A stretch of 64,000 nucleotides of DNA from an uncultured delta proteobacterium (lineage in GTDB: Bacteria; Desulfobacterota; Binatia; Binatales; Binataceae). Positions 9,353 through 18,057 of the stretch are shown here, piece after piece. Each line of letters opens with the position of its first letter. The stretch's first letter is position 1. The position numbers and the translations under genes were made by a program. The notes under the pieces are model-generated. The model was not told where the DNA came from and did not search any database. It saw only the letters and a program-made list of their open reading frames with translations. The DNA lies in the NCBI GenBank assembly GCA_963711565.1, contig CAVQEQ010000003.1:992001-1056000 (forward strand). The letters run 5' to 3'.

Positions 9353-12300
9353 TTACTCATCTTTTTTGTGCTTATGCCGGCGATGCCGCTTACGCCGCTT
9401 GTGATGCCGGTGCTTGTGGTGCCTATGTTTGGGCTGGCGCGGCAGCGGATCGACCACGATGCCCTGCGGTGCGCTCAGTCCCGTCAGCGGGCCGCTGATC
9501 GTCGCGCTGGGCGCCACGTTGCCGTTGCTGCCCGTCGCATAGACCGCAACGCTGTCAGCGCCTCCCACCGCGCTGCCATCGTTAGTTACATAGATATTGC
9601 CGCTGGGATCGAGCGCGACGCCCGTAGGAGAATCAAGGCCGGTGTTGTCGCCGGTGTCATCGCCAACGATGGCAGTGATTGGGGCAACATTCAGGACGCC
9701 CGTGCTGCTCCCAACCGCCCCGTACTCCGTCACGCTCCCTAGACCGTCGATGCCCCCGGCCGCATTCGCCACATAGACGTTGCCGGTTGAGTCGAGTGCG
9801 ATAGCGAACGGTATCGCAAGCTCTGTGTTGTCGCATGGAGCGCAACTGGGATCGTCGCTGATGGTCACGGTTGGCGCAATATCGCCGTTGCTACCGGCCG
9901 AATAGACGGTAACGCTGCCGATCCCGTCGGGTCCGCCTGTGGCATTCGCCACGTAGATATTGCCGCTCGAATCGACGGCGACGCCGATCGGGAAACTGAG
10001 ACCAGTGATGTCCCCGGTATCGTCACCGGCGATAGTGGTGGTTGGAGCAATGTTGAGGTTGCCGCTTCTGTTTCCCAGCGGTGAATACTTGGTGACGCTG
10101 CCGAACTCATCAAAGCCACCGGTGCCATTCGCCACATAGATGTGCCCACTGGAATCTACGGCAACGCCGGTGGGAAAATTGAGCAGAGTGTTATCGTTCC
10201 CGCCGCCGCTGCTGATGACCGCGACTGGCGGCTCGTTGGCATACGTGCCGTACGGGTAGATGGAGATGCTGTCCACGCCGCCGAAGGTGCTTCCAGCGTT
10301 GGCCACATAGATGTTGTCGCTGGAATCGAGTGCGATTCCAACGGGCGCTTCGATCTCTGTCTCGGAACTGATGGTAGCGCTGGGGGCGGCATTACCACTG
10401 CTGCCCGAAGAATAGACGGTGACGCTGTCGAACCCTCCAACGGCGCTGCCGGCACTGACAACATACAGGTTCCCGACGGAATCGACGGCGACCCCAAACG
10501 GCAGATCCAGCCCGGTCGCGCCTCCGCTGATGGTTGCGCTGGGCGTCACGTTGCCGTTGCTACCGGCGGCATAGACGGTCACGGTGTCCGCGCCGCCGTT
10601 AACGCTGCCGTCGTTGGTTACGTAGAGCTTACCGCTGGAATCGACCGTGATCCCTCCGGGAGAATTCAGCCCCGTATGGCCCCCGCTGATAGTCGCGCTG
10701 GGCGTTACATTGGGATAGTTCGGCTGGCTAGAGAGACTTGCGAGCGGCGGAAAGACGGTGACGGTATCGGGGTCGCCATTAAGGCTGGCGGAGTTCGCCA
10801 CGTAAATGTTGCCGCTGGGATCGACGGCGATTCCGTAGGGTAGTTCAATTCCGGTGGCGGCTCCGCTGACAGTCGCGCTGGGGTGGAATTTCCGTTGGCG
10901 CCAGCTGCGTAGATGGTAACGCTGTCGTTTCCGCCGATTTCGCTACCGTCATTCGCTACGTAGAGGTTTCCGCTCGAATCGACCGCGATGCCGGTTGGAT
11001 TGCCCAGCCCTGTATTGGCGCCGGAGATAGTGTCGATCGGGGTCACATTGCCGGCGCTGCCTGCGGCATAGACGGTGATGGTGTCGGCGTCTCCTATCAC
11101 GCTTCCGGCATTAGCAATGTAGAGTTTTCCGCCGGAATCAAGCGCGATGCCGGTAGGGTTGTCGAGCCCGGTGTTGTTTCCACCAATGGTCGATATTGGA
11201 ACCGAGTTGCGATTGCTCCCCGGCGCATAGACCGTCACCGTGTTACCGTTTTGGTTTGTCACGTATAGATTGCCGCTCGAGTCTCGGGCGAGGCCGAATG
11301 GGCTGGACAATCCGGTTCCTGAAGAAAGCGGAGCGATATTGCCGCTGGAGCCGGCCAGGTATGCGGTCACATCGTTGGCGTTGAGATTGGTAACGTAAAA
11401 GGTGACAGCGGCAGCCGTCGCGGTCGGGGTCGCTGTGGGTGTCGCAGTTACCGAGGCGGTTGCGGTTACAGTTGATGTTGACGTTGGAGTCGCTGTTTTC
11501 GTTACCGTGGCTGTCGCAGTTGCAGTCGCTGTGGGTGTCGCGGATATTGTGGCGGTTGGCGTTGCCGTCTTGGTTGCGGTCGCAGTCTTTGTTGCAGTGG
11601 CCGTGGCAGTTGCAGTCGCGGTCGCCGTGGGCGTCGCAATTGCCGTCGCTGTGGCTGTAGCCGTCGCGGTAGCGGTAGCTGTAGGCGTAGCCGTAGCGCT
11701 GGGCTGTGCCGCGATGTAAGTCCCGATCAACCCTAGCGACGTGGTGGCCGCCGTCATCGTCCAGCTATTACTGAGCGCTCCGGTTGAGTTGACGATTTGA
11801 TCTGCCGTGAACAGCATCGGTGCCGTCGTCGATTGATTGTCGAGACTGGAGCCGTTTGCCGGACCCGAGGATAGCGTCTTGACCGCCGCGAAACCGACCG
11901 CGCCTATCGCGATTTCAGATGCCGAAGTAGTTGTCGGCGTCGTCCCGGTTCCGGCCATTTTGGATGCGGTGCCTTGCTGGTTGATCATTGACTGATCGAG
12001 TACACCGGCATTCGTCAGCACTCCTGTAAGCTCGACGATCTCCAGCGTTACCGCCCGTTGTACGGAGCCGCTGATCGTGACCGTAACTGTGTCGGCGCCA
12101 CCCGCGACATTGGGACAGTACCATTGCTCCAAGTCCAGCACCGGCGCGGAGCCGGGCGCTACATGCGGTCCCTGATAGCATGTGGTTCCCAGGCTATCAG
12201 TCACGCTGCCGGTCTGGGTGCCGCTGGCGAGCGCGAAGGTCGCCACTACCGTGTCGCCTGCGGTCGTGCTCGAGCCAAACGCCAGACTCAGCTTCAACGA

Positions 12301-13341
12301 CAACGTCGTCCCTTCTGTGATCCCGTGCTGTACGATGGGTCCAGTGGGCGTCGCAGTAGCGGTTGGGGTGGCAGTTGCCGTGGCTGTCGCAGTTGTCGTC
12401 GCCGTAGCCGTCGTCGTTGGAGTGGGCGTTGCAGTTAGGGTCGCCGTGGCGGTGGACGTTGCGGTGGCAGTGGCTGTGGCGGTCACGGTCGCAGTGGCTG
12501 TAGCTGTCACTGTAGGGGTAGCCGTAGCGCTGGGCTGCGCGGCGATGTAAGTCCCGATCAATCCGAGCGAAGTGCTGGCCGCCGTCATGCTCCAGCTGTT
12601 GCTGAACTCTCCGGTCGAAGTGACGATCTGATCCGCCGTGAACAGCGAGGGTAGGGTCGTGGATTGACTATCGAGGCCAGCGCCGTATGCCGGACCCGTG
12701 GACAGCGTCTTAGTCGTAGCGAAGCCGACCGCGCTGATCGCGATTTCAGATGCCGAGGTGGTAGTCGCCGTCGTATTGGTTGTGGCGGTCTTGGATGACG
12801 GGTTCTGGTAAGTCGCCGACTGATCCAGCACGCCGGGACTGGTCAGCACTCCCGCAAGCTCCACGATCTCCAGCGTTACCGCCCGTTGTACCGCGCCGCT
12901 GATCGTTACTGTAACCGTGTCGGCGCCGCCCGCGACATTCGGGCAATACCATTGCTCCAGGTCCAGCACCGGCGCGGAGCCGGGCGCTATATGCGGTCCC
13001 TGATAACAGGGGGTTCCCAGGCTGTCGGTCACGCTGCCAGTCTGAGTGCCGCTGCTCAGCGCGAAGGTCGCCACCACCGTGTCGCCCGCGGTCGTATTCG
13101 AGCCAAACGCCAGACTCTACTGCAACGACAACGTCGTCCCTTCACTGATCCCGTGCTGTACAACCGTCTGTGCGCTAGCAGCAGTTGCCCACGCCAGCGA
13201 AAGGGCGAAAGACAAAAACACCGCGATGAACAAACGCGGACCGGCAGCGACGGCGACTACGACGCGTGGAGGCGAAGTTGCGGCACTCTGGGCCGCAGCC
13301 ACTTCTCTTGCGAAATGCGTGTGATGCTCAGCACTACGCAT
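9353..13341 (-). pseudogene. Giant (~1330-aa) secreted surface protein: two duplicated beta-rich domains, Thr/Ala/Pro linkers, NHL repeats, His/Lys/Arg tail; broken by in-frame TAG and a 1-bp deletion
   Basis: ORFs 13117-13341, 10705-13077 and 9353-10801 join; TAG at 13117-13119 is in frame; G4 at 10880-10883 where the repeat frame needs G5; repeated GIAxDSSGNLYVAN. Confidence 0.85.
11690..13165 (-). repeat. Internal duplication of a ~210-aa domain separated by a (TA)n/TP linker
   Basis: VQHGIxEGTTLSL...CYQGPHxAPGSAPVLDLEQWYCPNVAGGADT...SLGLIGTYIAAQPSATATP occurs twice; boundaries approximate. Confidence 0.9.
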
Positions 13342-13963
13342 ACCCCATCCTCTCTCGTGGACTCTGGCAACGTGCGGGAGGTGAGAGGTAGCCTGACATC
13401 CGAGTTGGATCTAAGTTGGATATACACGTCACAAGCTCGGTTGCGTCGTCACTGAGAATCGAGAATCGAGCAGGTCGCGCAACTCGGCATTCCGTCGAGC
13501 GAGTAAGCGAGGCTCTGAGCCGAGTATCTGCGTGTAACAAGCATGACCGAGGAGCAGCGGAAAGCTTTACTGGACAGGCATAACTTGTCCGCTTTGACGG
13601 CTTGCCCGAATTGCTTCCCGGCAACCTGCGCAACGCTCTCGATCATCGACGCCCCCGTTCGAGATCTCGCATCGTTCCTGTCGCCACGTTGGCCTGGCTG
13701 CGACAGTCGCCAGCGTATTTAGTCAAGACGCCCAGCAGTGTCAACACTTGGCTGTGGATAATCGACAATTGGTTATCGGCGCGAAGCGCAGGGACGCTCG
13801 AAAACTGCCGTGGCCCGGAAAAACCTGAGCCGGTCCCGATCAGGCTGCGCGTCAGGCACGAATTTCTGCCGCGTTGAGGCGGCGGAAAATGAATTGGATT
13901 TTGACCGCTTGCGTCAACTTAAGTACCGCGGCGCACGCGGGGTTCCGCATTATCGGCTATCAT

Positions 13964-13973
13964 GCTACATAGC
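13964..13973. promoter_or_regulatory. Operator candidate GCTAnATAGC, copy 1 (before XRE repressor gene)
   Basis: GCTACATAGC directly after -10-like TATCAT, 5 nt before ATG 13979. Confidence 0.6.
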
Positions 13974-13978
13974 TCATC

Positions 13979-14302
13979 ATGCAAACACTGGGACAGTTCA
14001 TTGTTGAGCGGCGCAAGGAGCTGGGGCTGGCGGGGCGCGAGGTGGTGGCGGAGGTGCGCAACTCCGATGGCAAGCCAATCTCGATTCCGTTTCTGGTTGA
14101 CCTCGAACACGACCGCCGCAAGCCTTCCGACGAAGTCCTTGAACAACTCGCCAAGGTTCTCAAGGTCGATTCGGATGTGCTCTACTTTCTGGCAGGGCGG
14201 TTTCCAGCCGACCTCAGCGCGACGACCGTCAACAGTGCGGAGGAGCTGGCAGCCGGCTGGAAGGCATTTCGGCGAGAAGTAAAGCGCAGGAAGAAGCCGT
14301 GA
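13979..14302 (+). CDS. XRE-family HTH repressor (ImmR-like)
   Basis: TLGQFIVERRKELGL...ISIPFLVDLEHDRRKPSDEVLEQLAKVL; coupled to peptidase gene. Confidence 0.88.
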   Translation: MQTLGQFIVERRKELGLAGREVVAEVRNSDGKPISIPFLVDLEHDRRKPSDEVLEQLAKVLKVDSDVLYFLAGRFPADLSATTVNSAEELAAGWKAFRREVKRRKKP

Positions 14303-14964
14303 AGATGATCCCGGACAGGACCGGGCGCTTTCCGGAGCGTCCGCACTGGGAGATCCGCGAGCTTGAGCAGATGTGCGAGGAGACAATGACCTCGTTTCTG
14401 CGCCAGCACTTCGGGTTCGAGCGCATCCCGGTGCCGACCGAGGCGGTCATGATGCTGATCGAGCGTGACGCCGCCGACCTCGACCTGGCGACGAATCTCT
14501 CCGACGAGATGCACGAGGTCTTTGGCTTCACCCAGTTCGAGCGCGGCCGAAAGCCGCTGGTTAAAATCGCGCGGGAACTGTGGGAGCAACGGCACCGCAA
14601 CAATCGATTGCGCACAACCCTGACTCACGAATATGGCCACGTAATGCTGCACACGTGGCTGTATGACAAGTACGGCACTGCCCGTGCTCCGCACCGCTGT
14701 TACTGGCAGAGCCTGCTTCCAACCGAGCGAGTGGTGGACTGGTTTGAGTGGCAAGCGGGCTACGCTTCGGGCGCTTTGCTGATGCCGGAGAGCTTCGCGC
14801 GTCGAACGGTCGAAGCGTATTTCCAGCATCGCTTTGAGCGTCCGCCGGCCGCCAAGGGCTCGCCAGAAGCGTCAGCGCTCTGCCACCGCATTTCTCTGGC
14901 GTTCGATGTATCCGTCGAAGCCGCCACCGTGCGGCTCTCCCAGCTCGGCTATCTGACCGAATAG
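14299..14964 (+). CDS. ImmA/IrrE family metallopeptidase (anti-repressor)
   Basis: RLRTTLTHEYGH (HEXXH), EWQAGYASGALLMP, FDVSVEAATVRL. Confidence 0.92.
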   Translation: MKMIPDRTGRFPERPHWEIRELEQMCEETMTSFLRQHFGFERIPVPTEAVMMLIERDAADLDLATNLSDEMHEVFGFTQFERGRKPLVKIARELWEQRHRNNRLRTTLTHEYGHVMLHTWLYDKYGTARAPHRCYWQSLLPTERVVDWFEWQAGYASGALLMPESFARRTVEAYFQHRFERPPAAKGSPEASALCHRISLAFDVSVEAATVRLSQLGYLTE

Positions 14965-15010
14965 CCCGCCAATAAGATCCCGACCGTTTCGCGTAGAACG
15001 ATCCTCACGC

Positions 15011-15043
15011 TTGACACTTGTTTTGTATATCGCTATATAGCGA
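15011..15043 (+). promoter_or_regulatory. Sigma70-like promoter of mobilisation operon with palindromic operator over the -10
   Basis: TTGACA-17-TATATA; 14-bp palindrome TCGCTATATAGCGA 15030-15043. Confidence 0.7.
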
Positions 15044-15075
15044 AGTAGTCATATAGCCAATTCAAGGCACTGCCC

Positions 15076-15405
15076 ATGACCCAAGCCGCTATGAAGCAAG
15101 CGCCGAAATCGAACGTCAGATGGCTCATCGCTGCCTGCGCCGGCATCCTCTTCGCGCTTCGAGCCGAACCGTTGTGGGCCGCACAGTACGCCGGCGCCCT
15201 GCCCTGGGATCAGACGCTCGGCGCGATTCAGGACATCCTGGTCGGTCCCGTGGCTCACGTTGTAATAACGCTGAACTTCGCCTTCTCGGCGATCCTGTAC
15301 ACGGTCGGCAGCCATCAGCGAGCAGGCCGCTTGTTGGCAGGCGGATTGGCAGCTTACGCCGGGCTGATTGCTGTCCATTTGCTGACTTACCTCTCGCCCT
15401 TCTGA
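15076..15405 (+). CDS. trbC: TrbC/VirB2 family conjugative pilin
   Basis: Signal-like N-terminus, GALPWDQTLGAIQDILVGPVA, two hydrophobic helices. Confidence 0.8.
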   Translation: MTQAAMKQAPKSNVRWLIAACAGILFALRAEPLWAAQYAGALPWDQTLGAIQDILVGPVAHVVITLNFAFSAILYTVGSHQRAGRLLAGGLAAYAGLIAVHLLTYLSPF

Positions 15406-15442
15406 GCAGTCCATTCCAAGCGACCATTGGTGGAGGTCCGAT

Positions 15443-15718
15443 ATGAAACTCGCACGCATCGCAAAGCCGCTTCGTTCCGTACAGGTGCGCGTGACGCTAG
15501 CCGGCGACCTGAACGCCGCGCTCGAGAGCTACGCGCGCTACTACGAACACGTTCACGGCGACCCGGTGGATTCGAAGGCGCTGATTCCGGAGATTCTCAG
15601 TGCCTTTCTACAAGCCGACCGTGAGTTCCAGTTGTGGTCGCGCTCTGGCGCTCCCAGTCAGCAGCGCCACGCCGCAGTTCCGCCTTCAACCAACGGCAGC
15701 ACCAAGCCACAACCGTGA
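15443..15718 (+). CDS. DUF2274 family protein
   Basis: MKLARI...LNAALESYARYY...LIPEILSAFLQADREF pattern; family associated with trb operons. Confidence 0.75.
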   Translation: MKLARIAKPLRSVQVRVTLAGDLNAALESYARYYEHVHGDPVDSKALIPEILSAFLQADREFQLWSRSGAPSQQRHAAVPPSTNGSTKPQP

Positions 15719-15918
15719 CTGCCTTCAACGCAAACACCGATGCCGTGCTTCGCACGTGTGTGCATTTGACACGTCACTCATCGCCTGGATGAACGCGATT
15801 CGTGCAAGTACCCGTAAACATTGCGCAGACGCTGTCTACAGGAACACGTGCGAAGCCGTCCAAGCCCCCGCCAAATCAGCGTAAACACCCGTCTACATAG
15901 ACCTTTGGAGAAGCAGCC
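15719..15918. promoter_or_regulatory. Candidate oriT / relaxosome binding region
   Basis: Intergenic, upstream of RHH-T4CP-relaxase; 13-bp inverted repeat (15747-15759 / 15844-15856); GT(A/C)(A/T)ACA direct repeats at 15814, 15834, 15881, 15891. Confidence 0.5.
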
Positions 15919-16264
15919 ATGAGCACGCGATCGATCTCAACCCGAGTCCCGCAGGAAATCGCTGATCACCTTGCGGCTGAAGCGCGCCGCCGAAGCGTCA
16001 CCGAGAGCGATCTCATCCGCGAGATTCTCACCGCGCGCTACCTCGGCGCCGGTCCGTCCGCGACGGAACCTCGGCCACAAAGCCAACCGTTGGATGGGTA
16101 CGCGCAGCTCATCTTCGAGATCGCCAAGACTCGCTCCGTCATTCTGCATTCGCTCGACCACACGCTCGGAGCGGACGTGGTCGAACGAGATCATCGACGC
16201 CGCCGAGCAGACCGCCAAGGAACACGTCGCGCAGGTGCTCAAGAGCAAGGAGATCCAGCCATGA
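15919..16264 (+). CDS. Ribbon-helix-helix relaxosome accessory protein (TrwA-like), apparent 1-bp insertion near 16184
   Basis: RSISTRVPQEIADHLAAEARRRSVTESDLIREIL; removing one A from GAAC restores ...EIIDAAEQ...KEIQP* with ATGA overlap on next gene. Confidence 0.7.
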
Positions 16265-18054
16265 CGCCCGCCATCCGTCAGGCAATTCACGAACACACCC
16301 TACGTGCTTCGCTGGAGTTCAAACTCAGAGAGGCGCTCCGTTACCTCCTCCTGACTGCGGCCATCTGGGTCGAGATGACCGTGTGCCTGGTCTGGCACTG
16401 GACCGGCCATTATGGTGGTCCCGCTGCGAACCGCTATTTCATCCGCTGGTTTCTGGCGTGGTTCCTGACACAGGAAATTCCGCTGACCTTCGCGTCACTC
16501 CCCTATCGTGGCGGGCGCTACACCATCACCAGCATGTACGCCTTCCTCAATTACAAGTATTACCTCGGCGGCTCGTTCGCTTCATGGTATTGGCATTACG
16601 CGCCCTGGGGCGCCGTACTCACCGGTCTCATCGAGGCGGGGCTGCTGGCGGTCCTTCAGATATCCGATGCTCCGCCAGAGGCCAGGCATGTTCGGGGCAT
16701 CACGCTGGTTTCGGCGCGCAAACTCGCCCGCAGGCTGGGCAGTCGCGCGGGCATTGGGCTGGCCGGCGTTCGGATACCGCGAGCGCTGGAGTGCCAGCAC
16801 TTTCTCATCGCCGGCTCGACCGGCTCCGGCAAGTCGGTCGCGATACGTTCGCTACTGCGACAGATCAGGGAGCGGGGAGAAACCGCGGTCGTCGTGGACC
16901 CGGAGTGCGAGTTCGTCTCGGAGTTCTATCAGCCCGGTCGCGGCGACTTCATCCTGAATCCGCTCGATGCACGCTGCCCGCGCTGGTCACCATGGTACGA
17001 GCTTCGCGATGAAAATCATGACGCGGACTGCGAAGCACTGGCCGCGTCGTTACTTCCAGATCCGCCCGACGCCTACCACGAGGGCGGGGCGAGCTTCTTC
17101 TTCCGTCAGAGCAGCCGGACGCTGCTGACGAGCATCTTCCGGATCGCCGAGCCCAAGGAAGCCGCGTCGATCCCGCGCCTCCTGACCCTGCCGCGAGCTG
17201 AACTCAGACAGGCTCTGGCAGGCACGCCAGCCGAAGCGCTCATCGATCCCGGAGCGCACGAGCAGGGCGCCGGCATTGTGGCCACCGCCGCAAATGCGAC
17301 CAAGTCGTTCCAGTACCTGCCGGTACAGGCGCCGCGAACTTGGAGCGCACTGGAGTGGTCGGCGCAGCGCAACGGCTGGCTCTTCCTGACCTCGTCGGAG
17401 GAATCAAAAGACGCCGCGCTTCAACTCCAAAGCGTGTGGTTGGATTGCATCATCCACCGCCTGATGAGCAGCGAACTTGGGCCGCGCCGACGTGAACAGG
17501 TATGGATCGTGGCCGACGAGCTTGCGGTGCTGAGACGCCAGGCGAAGCTCGAGGATCTGGTTGTGCGTGGCCGGAAGCGCGGCTTGGCGGTCGTGCTGGG
17601 CTTTCAGGCCATCACCCAATTACGAACCATTTACGGCGCCAACCAGGCCGCCACACTGGTCGCGTCGCCCGCCACCAAGCTGATTCTGAGAACCGGAGAG
17701 CCTGAGACAGCCCAATGGTGCAGCGCGCAGATCGGCGAGCGCGAAGTCGAGCGCGGCCATCTGAGCGCTAACGCGAGTCATGGAGGCCGATACTCGTTCG
17801 GTATTCGTGAACAGCGAACGACGGAACCGGCCGTGATGCCTGCCGAGATGCAACTGCTCCAGCCGCTGTCGGGCTACCTGTGCATCACCGGTCATCACCG
17901 CTCGTTCGTGCGCTTCGACTATCTCGCGCCCCAAGTCCGACAGGAAGGTTTCATCCCGCGCGTCAATCTGCCTGCGCCAGTGATAACAGCGCGACGGGCG
18001 CAGGTGATCCCGCTGCATCCTGCCGCCGCGAGCAAACGAAGGAAACGGATCTGA
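16261..18054 (+). CDS. Type IV coupling protein (TraD/TrwB family)
   Basis: RBS AAGGAG then ATG 16261; N-terminal TM helices; HFLIAGSTGSGKS, ILNPLDAR, WIVADE, GRKRG...GFQ. Confidence 0.92.
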   Translation: MTPAIRQAIHEHTLRASLEFKLREALRYLLLTAAIWVEMTVCLVWHWTGHYGGPAANRYFIRWFLAWFLTQEIPLTFASLPYRGGRYTITSMYAFLNYKYYLGGSFASWYWHYAPWGAVLTGLIEAGLLAVLQISDAPPEARHVRGITLVSARKLARRLGSRAGIGLAGVRIPRALECQHFLIAGSTGSGKSVAIRSLLRQIRERGETAVVVDPECEFVSEFYQPGRGDFILNPLDARCPRWSPWYELRDENHDADCEALAASLLPDPPDAYHEGGASFFFRQSSRTLLTSIFRIAEPKEAASIPRLLTLPRAELRQALAGTPAEALIDPGAHEQGAGIVATAANATKSFQYLPVQAPRTWSALEWSAQRNGWLFLTSSEESKDAALQLQSVWLDCIIHRLMSSELGPRRREQVWIVADELAVLRRQAKLEDLVVRGRKRGLAVVLGFQAITQLRTIYGANQAATLVASPATKLILRTGEPETAQWCSAQIGEREVERGHLSANASHGGRYSFGIREQRTTEPAVMPAEMQLLQPLSGYLCITGHHRSFVRFDYLAPQVRQEGFIPRVNLPAPVITARRAQVIPLHPAAASKRRKRI

Positions 18055-18057
18055 GCC

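Noticed and set aside
11400-12540. CRISPR array or tandem DNA repeat
   Set aside because: Degenerate codons for Thr/Ala/Pro linkers; no constant repeat with unique spacers and no cas genes.
13117-13119. Pyrrolysine or recoded amber codon
   Set aside because: No pyl genes in the window, TAG is used as a normal stop by many genes here, and the paralogous position is Leu.
13345-13900. Riboswitch or ncRNA upstream of the surface-protein gene
   Set aside because: Some pairing potential and a GGAAGC...GGGCA resemblance, but no complete c-di-GMP or other aptamer consensus; needs an Rfam/Infernal scan.
15919-18054. Novel 711-aa RHH-coupling protein fusion
   Set aside because: One extra A explains it; the corrected RHH stops at an ATGA overlap with its own RBS for the T4CP.
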